64,000 bases of DNA from Longimicrobiales bacterium (GCA_965203485.1 OZ241892.1:3072001-3136000), one strand, 5' to 3'; positions 38,798-49,202 are shown, counted from the first letter of the stretch. A program made the numbers and translations. The notes: a model not told the origin generated them from the letters alone.

Positions 38798-39016
38798 TCA
38801 GACTCCCGCTTCGCCGCAGGCCCCGTCCCGGCACTTGCGGTACATGCGATACGCCAGCATCACCACCAGCGCGATCAACGCGATCTTGAAGGCGGTTGCC
38901 GCGAACCCGAAGAACATCCCGATCACGGGGAACAGCACGGCGGCCAGCAACTTCAGCACCACCACTCCGGCCAGCCCCACCGCCGCCGTCACTCCCAACG
39001 CTCTCGCCATCTGCAT
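38798..39016 (-). CDS. Small membrane protein
   Basis: 72 aa, two hydrophobic segments, AAGGAG RBS. Confidence 0.7.
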   Translation of the reverse strand: MQMARALGVTAAVGLAGVVVLKLLAAVLFPVIGMFFGFAATAFKIALIALVVMLAYRMYRKCRDGACGEAGV

Positions 39017-39155
39017 TTCTCGACTCCTTGGAGTTCCTTTGGAAGAGGTGCATCCAACTTAACCCGCGCTCCCTACGCGGGCTACCAACGTACTACGCCG
39101 CCGCCGACAAATGGTTTCGGCGCCCGCCCGGAACCGCCCTCGGCGCGTTGCGCGT

Positions 39156-41567
39156 CTACCGCCTGAACCGGTACGAGAGCTTGGCGAACAGGCCGTCGGC
39201 CTCGGGGCGGACGTCGCGGAAGCGGAACGCCTGCGTGTCTTCCATGAGGCGCGTGTAGCCCAGGTAGACGACCGTCCCGGGGGTGGGTTCGTAGCCCACC
39301 AGCGCCTCCAACGAGAAGTCGTGCGACTCGGAGCCGCCCAGCGCGGAGCAGTTCTCCGGGGCGGAGCAATAGACGAGCGGAACGCCGTCGTCGGGCGCAA
39401 GCAGCGGTCGTCTCTCCTGGCTCCCGTACTCCCCGATCGCGCGCAAGAACAGCGCCCGGCTGAACTGGTACTGGGCCCGCAACCGCGGGATCGTGGCCCT
39501 CGAATAGAGCGACCCGTCGCGCTTGCGGCGCATCACGGTGTGCCGAACGCCGATCTCGGCCCGCAACTGGGTGGCGGGGAACAGGTTCACGCTCGCGTCT
39601 CCGGACCACGCGTCGGCCACGTCGGCGGGCGTGTCGGTGCCGAACTCGAACAGCGGCGTCTCGGAACGCGTCACGCGAACGTTCCCCCGAGCGCGGCTGA
39701 ACGTGTTGACGAACATGAAGACCGTGGCCGACTGGAGCCCCTGGAAGCGCGCCTGGTCGGGGAGGAAGGGACGGAGCCCGCCGTCGCCGGACGCGAAGAG
39801 GCCGTCGTACTCGTCCGCGGCGAAGTGGAAGAAGGAGCGGCCGTAGTTCGCCCACACGGTGACGTTGCCCCGGAAGGACACGCTGCCGCCCAGCTGAACG
39901 CGCGACTCCTCCGGGCGTTGCCCTTTCCAGAAGTCCTCGTGGTCCCAGAATCCTTCGAACTCGAGGCTGGGTCCCCAGCGCTCCACGGCGTCGCCCGGAC
40001 TGCCGCGGAAGTTGTAGCCGACGCGCGAACTGGCTTGGGCCGTGCCCGTCCTGCGGATGAAGCCGCTTCCGGCCACGAAGTCGTCGCTGATGTCGGAGAC
40101 GGCCGCGTTGAAGGAGAAGTTGCGCCCCGAGCGGTCGATGCCGGCCGAGAAGAGAGCGCCCGACTTGGCTTGCGGCTCGCCCGCGGCGGTGCGGCTTCCG
40201 GCGGCCAGCAGGGTGAGGGCGTAGCGGCGGCGGAACTCGAGGCGTCCGTCGAGGCCCGCCACTCGGTTGTACCGGTCGCGTCCGTAGGTCCGGTCCGTGT
40301 AGACGGCGCCCGCGGTCGAATTGTCCCCGATGTCGCGGCGCAGGCGCACGATGTTGACCATCGGCCGCGCCGTTCCGTCGCCCCCGTCCGGGTCGGCGAC
40401 CTCGTCGACCGCCCCCAGATAGCCGACGTTGTAGCCGCCCACCTTGCCCGTCAGCTTCGCCCCGCCCACCGGATTGACGATGGAGCGCGTGTACACGAGC
40501 TGCCGCGGAAGCTGGAAGATTTCGGTGCCTTCGAGGAAGAACGGCCTCTTCTCGCGCAGGAACAGGGCGAACCGCTCGTTGACCGCGATCTGGCCCGCGT
40601 CGGCCTCCACTTGCGAGAAGTCCGGGTTGAAGGTCCCGTCGAGCGTGAGGTTCGACGTGATGCCGTAGGTCGCGTTGAAGCCGAAGTCTCCGGTCACCGG
40701 ACCGCGCCGCAGCGCTCCCTCGGCGGCGTCGTAGGTCCCCTGCCTCGTGATCGTCTGCACCGGGTTGACCTCGAGGAACAGGCCCGGATCCAGGTCGGCG
40801 AGCCCCGTCAGGCTGCCGAACTGCTCCATCTGATTGGACGTGTTGGCCGTCACGGGGGCCCATGACTCGCCGTATCCGCTCCGGGCGATCCGGCGCTCGA
40901 CTTGGAGGCCCCAGTCCTGCATGGCCCTGTCCGGGAAGCGAATGCTCTTGAACGGCAACCGAATCTCCACGGAATAGCCCCAGTCGAAGATCTTGCCATC
41001 CGAGTCCCACACGAAGTCGGGATCCCAGTCGATCGGCGGCCCGAACCTGCGGCGGCCGCCTCCTCCTCCGACCAGCCACAAACCGTCCTGCTGGACGCCG
41101 AAGGGGTTGGCCATGATGACGTAGGCGCGACGGCGGTCGTCGAAGGTGTCCAGCATCACGCGCACGTAGTCGTCTGAGCGTCCGAACGAATCGCGGTCGC
41201 CCAGGGTGGCGCGAGGTCCGCCGGGTTGGTCGTCGAACGCGGTGATGCCGAAGTAGACCGCTTCGTCCGTGACCACGATCCTGGCTTCGGTGCGTTGCGT
41301 GGCGGGCACTCCTTCGACGGGATCGAACTGCGTGAATCCCGTGAGCACGGGCGCGTTCTGCCATGCGGCCTCGCCGAGTTCGCCGTCGATTTCGATCTCG
41401 GCCGCGGCCACCCAGGGGCTGGGGACGCCAAGCTGCCCTGCAATGCCGCTGTAGACGGCGGAGGGAGGCGTCGCGTTCTCTCCGGGTGCGTCCCGGCCCG
41501 CCTTGGCGTGGCTCTCCTGCACGAGTCCGGCGACGGGTCCCGCGATTGCTGCGATAATGGCCAACAT
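39156..41567 (-). CDS. CBM9-like / DUF5916 outer-membrane protein
   Basis: IDG.L.E..W; NPFGVQ.D; NPDFSQVEAD; EKRPFFLEG. Confidence 0.88.
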   Translation of the reverse strand: MLAIIAAIAGPVAGLVQESHAKAGRDAPGENATPPSAVYSGIAGQLGVPSPWVAAAEIEIDGELGEAAWQNAPVLTGFTQFDPVEGVPATQRTEARIVVTDEAVYFGITAFDDQPGGPRATLGDRDSFGRSDDYVRVMLDTFDDRRRAYVIMANPFGVQQDGLWLVGGGGGRRRFGPPIDWDPDFVWDSDGKIFDWGYSVEIRLPFKSIRFPDRAMQDWGLQVERRIARSGYGESWAPVTANTSNQMEQFGSLTGLADLDPGLFLEVNPVQTITRQGTYDAAEGALRRGPVTGDFGFNATYGITSNLTLDGTFNPDFSQVEADAGQIAVNERFALFLREKRPFFLEGTEIFQLPRQLVYTRSIVNPVGGAKLTGKVGGYNVGYLGAVDEVADPDGGDGTARPMVNIVRLRRDIGDNSTAGAVYTDRTYGRDRYNRVAGLDGRLEFRRRYALTLLAAGSRTAAGEPQAKSGALFSAGIDRSGRNFSFNAAVSDISDDFVAGSGFIRRTGTAQASSRVGYNFRGSPGDAVERWGPSLEFEGFWDHEDFWKGQRPEESRVQLGGSVSFRGNVTVWANYGRSFFHFAADEYDGLFASGDGGLRPFLPDQARFQGLQSATVFMFVNTFSRARGNVRVTRSETPLFEFGTDTPADVADAWSGDASVNLFPATQLRAEIGVRHTVMRRKRDGSLYSRATIPRLRAQYQFSRALFLRAIGEYGSQERRPLLAPDDGVPLVYCSAPENCSALGGSESHDFSLEALVGYEPTPGTVVYLGYTRLMEDTQAFRFRDVRPEADGLFAKLSYRFRR

Positions 41568-41671
41568 CCTATTATTGCCAGCTCCGGCCCGACTGGGCCT
41601 CCGTGGTTTGTCTGCGCTCCGCTCCGCTCAAGATGATCGTCCGGCGCGTGCGTGGTCCTCTTCGTCCCTCC

Positions 41672-41920
41672 ATGGACACTTCCGCGTCAAGTTCCGTTGG
41701 CCCCGAAGCGCGGGTCCGCTACTCGGCGAGCGAGCGCGAGTCGCTGCTGGCCATGGCCGATGGCGGCCGCGGGCGGTTGCGGTGTCCGCGTTGCGGAGGG
41801 GTTTGCAGCGTGCTGCGAACGACGCCCCGGCCGGACGTCGCCTATGTTCGGCGAAGGGTGGTCGTCCGTTGCGCGGGGTGCTTGGCCACGACGGCCGCCG
41901 ACGCGAGGGCGCCTCGTTGA
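41672..41920 (+). CDS. Small Zn-ribbon protein
   Basis: CPRC...CAGC; stop overlaps the next putative start. Confidence 0.55.
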   Translation: MDTSASSSVGPEARVRYSASERESLLAMADGGRGRLRCPRCGGVCSVLRTTPRPDVAYVRRRVVVRCAGCLATTAADARAPR

Positions 41921-43053
41921 GGGAGGGACGTGTCGGGCGGAGGAGGGAGACGGGGCCGTACGCGGGCCGCGTTGGCGGCCGGGCACGCGTGGCGGGGGTT
42001 CCGCATGCGGGCGAGCGAGCGCCGGGCGACGCGGCTTGGTGGTTGCGCGTCGCCCCGGCGGCAAGGATGGCCCTCGGGGCAGGGCTCGTCGTCGCGAGTC
42101 TTCCCGCGGCGGGCGCGGGCACGGCCGACGGCCAAGAGCACGACCGCCACGACGAGCACGAAACCGGCCCGCCGGTGCTCGGTCACCGTGCCGGACCTCG
42201 GGGGCTTGCCCTCGGGAACTCGTTTTGGACGGCGAGCCGGGACGACCTAGCCATCTTTCACCATCCCGCCTTGCTGGGCGGCTCCGCCTTCGGAGTCGAG
42301 TATGCGCATTTCGGCGAGGGATCGAACTTCATGGCCGCCAGCGCGAGCGGCGGCTGGCTCGGCGGAACGGCGGGCATCGGCCTCTCGTTCTTGGATTCGG
42401 GGCATGGTCGGCCGGAGTACCGGGACGGCCTGGAACGCCACGAGGAACGGGAGCGGCGTGGGGCTGGCGGCGGCCATCGCGAACGCGAAGGCCGGGAGCA
42501 CGGCCGGGACGTGGCCGAGCTTGGATCAAGCTTCGCGTTGGCAGTGGGGTTCGCGACGGAGTTGCTCGGCCTGCGGGTTGGCGGGGCAGCCAAGGCGGTC
42601 GGCCAGAACTCGGCGAACGGCCGCCACGCCACGGCGGCGCTGGACTTGGGCGCGGCCGCAGAGGCCGGACCGGTCGCGTTGGCCCTTTCCGTGCAGAACC
42701 TCGGACCCGCTCTGGAGGCGGACGCGAACAAGTTGCCCCTGCCGACCCGGCTCGTGCTCGGCGCCGGCACGGACCGCGAGCCGGTCGGCCCGTTCGACGT
42801 TGGGGTTGCCGTCCACGCCGCCGTCGAGCGAGCGGGGGGCTTCTCCGCCGGCGGGGGGATCGAAGCGGCTTGGTGGCCGGTCGCCGGGCGCGTTTTCGTG
42901 GCAAGGGCGGGCGTCGTCGGAGGCGGTCGGGAGCAGGAAACCGCCTTGACGTTCGGGGCGGGCTTCCAGGGGGACCGCATCCGCCTGGACTACGCCTACG
43001 GAAAGGCCGGCCGGCACGACCGTCGCCACGCCGCAAGCATCGCCTTCCGGTAA
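41917..43053 (+). CDS. Outer-membrane beta-barrel, PorV/FadL-like
   Basis: IF.HPALL; ALDLG; SVQNLG; TFGAG; LDYAY; C-terminal F. Start uncertain (41917 or 42067). Confidence 0.65.
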   Translation: MREGRVGRRRETGPYAGRVGGRARVAGVPHAGERAPGDAAWWLRVAPAARMALGAGLVVASLPAAGAGTADGQEHDRHDEHETGPPVLGHRAGPRGLALGNSFWTASRDDLAIFHHPALLGGSAFGVEYAHFGEGSNFMAASASGGWLGGTAGIGLSFLDSGHGRPEYRDGLERHEERERRGAGGGHREREGREHGRDVAELGSSFALAVGFATELLGLRVGGAAKAVGQNSANGRHATAALDLGAAAEAGPVALALSVQNLGPALEADANKLPLPTRLVLGAGTDREPVGPFDVGVAVHAAVERAGGFSAGGGIEAAWWPVAGRVFVARAGVVGGGREQETALTFGAGFQGDRIRLDYAYGKAGRHDRRHAASIAFR

Positions 43054-43155
43054 GGGGGACGGGCGAGGGTTCGTCGCGGCCGACTAGGCCGATCGCCCAG
43101 CGAACGGTCGTCCATTTCGACCCTGAGTTGCAGGACGTCGCAATGGTGGCCGCCG

Positions 43156-44136
43156 TCAGCGGCGACGCCGCGGATCGTTCCTGTTGAGCTTGAACTGGCG
43201 GCATTCCAGGAAGCGGTCGCACATGTCCACCCAGAGCCGCCGGTCGCAACCCACGGGCGGCGGCGTATCGTCCAGTTGCGATTGCGCGCATGCGGGAGCC
43301 CACGCCGCGACATGCTCCTTGTGGAAGCCGGTCCTCGCAACAATCTCCTCCGGCGTGCTCGCGGCCATGGCTTCCAACTGCTCGACCAGTGGGGGCGTGC
43401 GCAACGCTCCTGCGAGCGCAATGGCTTCGGACAAAGTGCCCGACAAGAAGCCCGACCGCCCGTGCCCAGCCGACATGTAGCCGGCCGGCGGCCCGTTCAT
43501 GTGAAGCAACGCGGCCTCAACCAGCTCCTCTTCGTAGGCTCCCGCCCCGTGCGTCGACACGATGCTGGCCAAGACATAGAGGGCTGAGCCGGCCATGGTG
43601 CCACCTGCCCTTGGCGACAACGCGACCTCGAGCAGGTGCGGCACGGCCTCCAAGCCGAACTCGTAGAGCACCGCCGCCACGGGTCCCGCATTGTACGCGT
43701 GCCAAGCGAGCGGCGGCAGCAGCGCCGGGTCCCCGGTCGCCGCCAGTTCCCGCGCCATGATGGCCGCCGTCTCCGTCGGAAAGTCTCTTGAGTAGTCGCC
43801 CTCCTGCCATGCGGGGAGCAGGGCGGTCGTCAGTTCGACCTCGAACCGCAGGGCCTCGATCATCGCCGCCCGCAATGCGGGAGACCGCCGCTCGGGCTCC
43901 ACCGACAGCGCGGCGGACGCTCCGACTGCCCACGAGACGACGTCGCCCGCCGTGAGCAGGTCCACGACCTTCCGTTCCGCCGCCGCATCCCCGGCCTTCA
44001 GCTTCTCGATCGTCGCCCGTTCCGCCCGCAGCATGTCCGCCACGATCTTCGCCCGCGACCGCGCCGTTTCCTGCGATTCCACCGGCGCCGCCACGCCCCA
44101 GCAGGCGACGGCGCACACCAAGGTCCGCGTCTTCAT
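43156..44136 (-). CDS. Secreted alpha-helical (HEAT-like) protein, paralog A
   Basis: Signal peptide; GGAGG RBS; near-identical to 44221-45180. Confidence 0.8.
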   Translation of the reverse strand: MKTRTLVCAVACWGVAAPVESQETARSRAKIVADMLRAERATIEKLKAGDAAAERKVVDLLTAGDVVSWAVGASAALSVEPERRSPALRAAMIEALRFEVELTTALLPAWQEGDYSRDFPTETAAIMARELAATGDPALLPPLAWHAYNAGPVAAVLYEFGLEAVPHLLEVALSPRAGGTMAGSALYVLASIVSTHGAGAYEEELVEAALLHMNGPPAGYMSAGHGRSGFLSGTLSEAIALAGALRTPPLVEQLEAMAASTPEEIVARTGFHKEHVAAWAPACAQSQLDDTPPPVGCDRRLWVDMCDRFLECRQFKLNRNDPRRRR

Positions 44137-44220
44137 GCCCCGAAGCCTCCTCATTCCCAGGCAACGTGGGACAACTTGGGGCGTGGACTGTCCCTGGCAC
44201 GCCGCCGCAGCAACGGCCCG

Positions 44221-45180
44221 TCAGCGGCGACGCCGCGGCTCGTTCCTGTTGAGCTTGAACTGGCGGCATTCCAGGAAGCGGTCGCACATGTCCACCCAGA
44301 GCCGCCGCTCGCAACCCAAAGGCGGCGGCGTATCGTCCAGTTGCGATTGCGCGCACGCTGGAGCCTGTCCCACGTCCCACCCCACAAAGCCGGTTCTCTC
44401 GGCAATCTCCTCCGGCGTGCTCGCGGCCATGGCTTCCAACTGCTCCATCAGCAACGGCGTACGCAACGCTCCCGCGAGCGCAGTGGCTTCAAGGACAGCA
44501 CCCGCGTGGTCAGCCGACATGTAGTCGGCCGGCGGCCCGTTCATGTGAAGCAACGCGGCCTCGGCCAGCTCCCCTTCGTAGGCTCCCGCCCCGTGCGTCG
44601 ACACGATGCTGGACAAGACGCCGATGGCTGACATGACCATGGTCCTGCTCGCTCTTCGCGACAACACGACGTCGAGCAGGTGCGGCACGGCCTCCAAGCC
44701 GAACTCGTAGAGCACCGCAGCCACGGGTCCCGCGTTGTACGCGTGCCAAGCGAGCGGCGGCAACAACGCCGGGTCCCCGGTCGCCGCCAGTTCCCGCGCC
44801 ATGACGGCCGCCTTCTCCGTCGGACTCTTCAGTGAGTAGTCGCCCCTCCGCTTTGCGGGGAGCAGGGCGGTCGTCAGTTCGACCTCGAACCGCAGGGCCT
44901 CGATCATCGCCGCCCGCAATACGGGAGACCGCCGCTCGGGCTCCACCGACAGCGCGGCGGACGCTCCGACTTCCCACGAGAGGACGTCGCCCGCCGTGAG
45001 CAGGTCCACGACCTTCCGTTCCGCCGCCGCATCCCCGGCTCTCAGCTTCTCTATCGTCGCCCGTTCCGCCCGCAGCATGTCCGCCACGATCTCCGCCCGC
45101 GAGCGCGCCGTTTCTTGCGATTCCACCGGCGCCGCGACGCCCCAGCAGGCGACGGCGCACACCAAGGTCTGCGTCTTCAT
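44221..45180 (-). CDS. Secreted alpha-helical (HEAT-like) protein, paralog B
   Basis: Signal peptide; GGAGG RBS directly after the peptidase stop. Confidence 0.8.
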   Translation of the reverse strand: MKTQTLVCAVACWGVAAPVESQETARSRAEIVADMLRAERATIEKLRAGDAAAERKVVDLLTAGDVLSWEVGASAALSVEPERRSPVLRAAMIEALRFEVELTTALLPAKRRGDYSLKSPTEKAAVMARELAATGDPALLPPLAWHAYNAGPVAAVLYEFGLEAVPHLLDVVLSRRASRTMVMSAIGVLSSIVSTHGAGAYEGELAEAALLHMNGPPADYMSADHAGAVLEATALAGALRTPLLMEQLEAMAASTPEEIAERTGFVGWDVGQAPACAQSQLDDTPPPLGCERRLWVDMCDRFLECRQFKLNRNEPRRRR

Positions 45181-45193
45181 GCCCCGAAGCCTC

Positions 45194-46120
45194 CTATTCC
45201 CAGGCAACGTGGAAGTGACGGTCGTCGTATTCCCTAAAGCCCTGCAAGTCGGTGGCGCCGAGTTGCAGGGCAAGTCTGCTGATCTCACTGTACAGGTCTT
45301 CGATTAAGGCCCGTTGCGCCGGAGTCATGCCGCCGTAGTTCGGGCCGATGCCGGCGATTCTCTTGGTGCTGATGTCCGCGGCCCGGCCCTCCAAGTGCCA
45401 CGAGGAATCGTCGCCGCCTACCTGCGTGTTGCCGTGCGGACAGCGGTAGCCGCTCGTCACCGGGAGAGCCGCCGTGTACCGGTTCGCCCGCCGCACGGGG
45501 GAGCGGCCCCATGCGGCACGCAAGCTCTCAAGGCCGCTCTTCAGGCTCTCCTGCACCCAGCCGTAACCGGTGTGCGGGTTGCCCCTTTGGAAGTAGCCGT
45601 TAAGCTCGGCCCAAGAGAAGTGGGCGGTGCCGCCGCCGTTGTGCTCGAGGTCGTCGCACGTCGGCGTCCTGCGATCCGTCACGGGCCATCGCGGATCGTC
45701 GTACTCGGCGATGATGCGTCTTTCTTCCCGGTCGCACGAGCCCCGACCGCCCGGCCGGCTGCACTTCAGCACCGTGACCGATATGATCTCTCCGTTGTCG
45801 CGCCGAAATATGATTTCGACGAGGCAGATCACTCTTTCGTCTTCTTCCTCGTCCCGGCCCGTGACCGGAGCCCGCCGACCGACCGTGTCCCGCCATGCTT
45901 CTGCGGCGCGAGAGCCCACGAAGACTCGCCCCAATGTCCGCGAACCGCGGACGACCGCATCTCCGTGGATCCGTGCGCCCGTCAGCTTGGCGTCACGCGA
46001 GTCCACGGCCATGTACGCCGTCCGCCTCTCGCCGTCCATGCCAAGCGGTTCGGAACAAGCGCCCAGCGCCGCTAGGCCCAGGAAAAGAGCGCCTCGTCGG
46101 TTTTTCGGCCCAACCTTCAT
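45194..46120 (-). CDS. Lipoprotein with C-terminal peptidase M15 (D-Ala-D-Ala metallopeptidase) domain
   Basis: LGAC lipobox; TSGYRC..N; S.H..G.AAD; HFH. Confidence 0.85.
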   Translation of the reverse strand: MKVGPKNRRGALFLGLAALGACSEPLGMDGERRTAYMAVDSRDAKLTGARIHGDAVVRGSRTLGRVFVGSRAAEAWRDTVGRRAPVTGRDEEEDERVICLVEIIFRRDNGEIISVTVLKCSRPGGRGSCDREERRIIAEYDDPRWPVTDRRTPTCDDLEHNGGGTAHFSWAELNGYFQRGNPHTGYGWVQESLKSGLESLRAAWGRSPVRRANRYTAALPVTSGYRCPHGNTQVGGDDSSWHLEGRAADISTKRIAGIGPNYGGMTPAQRALIEDLYSEISRLALQLGATDLQGFREYDDRHFHVAWE

Positions 46121-46256
46121 GCCGATCCTCCTCTGCCGTGCGAGCAAGTCCCCCGGCGTCCACCATAAGGTGCGTGGCAACGCGCGTCAATGAAGAGGGC
46201 GCGAGGAACCCTGGGCGGCGCGGCGTCCGAGGGCGTCGTCCTATCGCGGCGACGCG

Positions 46257-48311
46257 CTACTCGGGCGGTCCAGACGGAATGCGGGCGGCGAGGAACCCCG
46301 GGTGCATCCTGGACAAGCCGAGGTCGTCGACTACCACCGTTCCCGCGCTCGCGCGGTCGAACACCAGCCGAACGGACCGCAACGATTCGGGGTCGAATGC
46401 CGGGTTGGCGAGCGCAAAGTCCGCGAGCGGGATCGAGAAGTGCTGGAGAATGGTCTCCCACCGGTTCTCGAACCGGGCGTCCTCGCGGTCTCGGCGGCGG
46501 TAGATGCGGATGGTAAGCGGCCGGCGCAACGGACCGTAGCTGGAGAGGGCGACCCTGGCTGCGTCGCCGTCGGCGTCCGCGGCTTCGACGGTCAGGTCCA
46601 GCGGCGGCTTCCGGCCGTCGAGCGATGGCGAGCCTCGAGCGTCGGAGCCGGATTCGCTGCGGGGCAGTCCCGCGTTCCGTTCGGCGCGGCCGCGTTGCTC
46701 TTCGTTCTCAGCCGAGCCGGGGCGTTCCCGTGGGCCCGGCTCTTCGTCCAGCCCGGCCGCGTGCAGCTCCAGCGTGCTCTCGGGCCCGGTCCGCCAGCGT
46801 TTCGCCAGTCCGGGCGGCAACGCGACGACGAACACGGCGGGCGGCGCAGGTTCGGCGTCCGCGCCTTCGTATGAGTTGTTCCATCCAAGCCAGACCGCTT
46901 GGTTGAGTTGCGAGGACGACGTGCTGCTGCGGTTGGCCGAACGCAACTCGAGCCGGCCTTCCTTCCACGTGCTGAAGCCTTCGCCCAGAAGCGACACGCC
47001 TCTCGCCGTGCCCGTGGTGACGTCGATGTCTTCCTCGAAGTCGGCGAGCGGCCGAAACGATGCCTCCTTGAAGCGGGTGACGTACATCGTCTTCGGCAAC
47101 CAGCCGCCCGCGACGCGATGGTCGCGGAACAGCGGCCGGTAGCGGTCGTCGCCCTTGAGCGCGACGTCGAGGAAGGCCGACACGAACACGCGTCCGAACT
47201 CGCGCTGCTCCTCGGGCGCGAGCAGGCCGGACAACTCGAGGATGCGGCCGCTGCGGGGACCGTTGTCGTGGGCGCCCCAGACCGTGTTCCACTGGCCGTG
47301 GTTCGCCCGGTAGACGTAGACGGCGGACTTGAACCAGTCGCCGCCGTCGGTGAAGCGCACGCGGTTGAACTGGCGGAGTCCATGGAAGCTGGTGACGTCG
47401 CCGTCGTGCGAGCCGTGGAAGACGAGGTAGTTGACGTTCTCCACCGGGACGCGCTGGCTTGCCGGGAGGTACTGGCCGTCCACGGGAGCTATGGCCACGA
47501 CCGCCCGAATCGCGAAGCCGAAGTCGAACTCCAGCGACGCGTCGTCCGGGTAGCGCCGAAGCCGGTTGAAGGCCGCGGCGTGGCCGACCGCCTCTCCGCC
47601 CCGAGAATGGCCGATCAGCGCGATGCGGCTCATGTCGGCAACGCCGCCAAGGGGGCCGTCCTCGTCTTCGGCGAACCCGCGCCACGCCTCGAGATGTTTG
47701 AGCAGAAGCCAGCCCCGCGCGTCGTTTTCGCCCCTGATGCCGCCGTTGACGAAGTTCATGTCCACGGACGCGACGACGTAGCCGCGGCTGGCGAGCAGCT
47801 CGCCCAGCCAGTCGTAGCCCGGGTCCGAGAAGTCGCGCATGTCGTGGTTGCCGTGGACGACAAGCGCCAGGGGATGCGGTCCCGGGGCGTCCGGGTACCA
47901 GACTCGCGCGTTCAGCGGAAAGCTGTCGGGAGAGAAGCCCCAGTACCGGTTTCGCGACTTGGAGGAGCCGCCCAGACTGACCAGTTTGGAGGCGTCCACG
48001 GGTTGAGTCGCGATGGACACGGAGTCGCGGTACTCCGCCCGGTTGCGGTCGGCGCCGCTGCCGTAGTAGAGGGTGCGAACGGCGTGCGGGCCGGGTTGCG
48101 CGGGGTTCTCCTCGTCGAGGACGTGCCGGGCCAGGACCGTGGGCGCGTCGGAAGGCGCGAGGTCGAGCGAGCCGCCGCAGCCCGCAAGCGCGACGGCCGC
48201 GGCGAGCGCGAGCTGACGGCGAACCCGGATCGAGGGTCTGCCGGACCTTCCAAGGGGATGGAAGCGCGTGGCGAAGCTTCGGGCCGCGGCCGGTCGCATG
48301 CGGACGGTCAT
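46257..48311 (-). CDS. Alpha/beta-hydrolase lipoprotein
   Basis: LAGC lipobox; VHGNH; GHSRGG; HDGDV; ANH. Start approximate. Confidence 0.85.
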   Translation of the reverse strand: MTVRMRPAAARSFATRFHPLGRSGRPSIRVRRQLALAAAVALAGCGGSLDLAPSDAPTVLARHVLDEENPAQPGPHAVRTLYYGSGADRNRAEYRDSVSIATQPVDASKLVSLGGSSKSRNRYWGFSPDSFPLNARVWYPDAPGPHPLALVVHGNHDMRDFSDPGYDWLGELLASRGYVVASVDMNFVNGGIRGENDARGWLLLKHLEAWRGFAEDEDGPLGGVADMSRIALIGHSRGGEAVGHAAAFNRLRRYPDDASLEFDFGFAIRAVVAIAPVDGQYLPASQRVPVENVNYLVFHGSHDGDVTSFHGLRQFNRVRFTDGGDWFKSAVYVYRANHGQWNTVWGAHDNGPRSGRILELSGLLAPEEQREFGRVFVSAFLDVALKGDDRYRPLFRDHRVAGGWLPKTMYVTRFKEASFRPLADFEEDIDVTTGTARGVSLLGEGFSTWKEGRLELRSANRSSTSSSQLNQAVWLGWNNSYEGADAEPAPPAVFVVALPPGLAKRWRTGPESTLELHAAGLDEEPGPRERPGSAENEEQRGRAERNAGLPRSESGSDARGSPSLDGRKPPLDLTVEAADADGDAARVALSSYGPLRRPLTIRIYRRRDREDARFENRWETILQHFSIPLADFALANPAFDPESLRSVRLVFDRASAGTVVVDDLGLSRMHPGFLAARIPSGPPE

Positions 48312-48435
48312 GCGGCTACACTGGTGCTTGGCTTTCGTTCCGGCAAGGCCGACCGTTGGGAGGCGGCAGGCCGTGCCGCGCGCACGCGACGCCGACGGTC
48401 CGGCGCGTCCACCTCATCCCCGAACGCAACGCTCG

Positions 48436-49140
48436 ATGCGAATCTGGACAGGCACCAGCGGCTTCTCGTACAAGGAATGGAAGGGCAGCTTCTACCCGGA
48501 GAACCTGCCCGCGGCCCGAATGCTGGAGCACTACGCCCAGCGCCTCGACGCCGTCGAGATCAACAACACGTTCTACCGGCTTCCCCGCACGGAGATGCTG
48601 GCCAAGTGGAAGGCGCAGGTGCCGGACGACTTCGCTTTCGTCCTCAAGGCCAGCCGGCGCATCACCCACATGAAGCGCCTCAAGGAAGCGGACGAGCCGC
48701 TCGGCTATCTGGCCAAGGCGGCGACCGAAGGACTGGGCGACCGGCTGGGGCCGGTGCTCTTCCAGTTGCCTCCGTATCTGAAGAAGGACGTGGAGAGGCT
48801 TCGCGACTTCCTCGCGATCGTGCCCGCCGGACTGCGCGCGGCCTTCGAGTTCCGCCACGAGAGCTGGTTCGGCGACGACGTGTACGCGGCGCTCTCGGAG
48901 AGCGGAGCGGCCCTCGTGGCCGCCGACACGGGCGACGGCGACGCGCCGGTCGTGCCGACGGCCGATTTCGGGTACGCTCGGTTGCGGAGGCCGGAGTACG
49001 GCGACGCCGAGCTGGCGGCCTGGGCGGAGCGGATTCGAGGCGCCGGATGGGCCGAGGCGTTCGCTTTCTTCAAGCACGAGGACGCAGGCGCCGGACCAGC
49101 CCTTGCGAAGCAGTTTCGGGAGCGTTTCGAGGCGGGATAG
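48436..49140 (+). CDS. DUF72 domain protein
   Basis: GTSGFSY..W; VEINNTFY; LFQLPP; EFRH.SW. Confidence 0.93.
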   Translation: MRIWTGTSGFSYKEWKGSFYPENLPAARMLEHYAQRLDAVEINNTFYRLPRTEMLAKWKAQVPDDFAFVLKASRRITHMKRLKEADEPLGYLAKAATEGLGDRLGPVLFQLPPYLKKDVERLRDFLAIVPAGLRAAFEFRHESWFGDDVYAALSESGAALVAADTGDGDAPVVPTADFGYARLRRPEYGDAELAAWAERIRGAGWAEAFAFFKHEDAGAGPALAKQFRERFEAG

Positions 49141-49202
49141 CCTCTTATCGCCGACGAGCGCCGAACGCTAGCTTTGGTTCAGCGAGGAAGGGAGGATTCG
49201 GC

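Larger units (their letters stand above)
43155..45212. repeat. About 1 kb tandem duplication (43155-44169 / 44220-45212)
   Basis: Long identical blocks; both units include the last five codons (HVAWE) of the upstream peptidase. Confidence 0.92.

Noticed and set aside
43155..45212. DGR template/variable repeat explanation for the paralogs (and for the DUF3883 copy)
   Set aside because: Differences include indels and non-adenine changes, the units are whole genes, and no reverse transcriptase is present.
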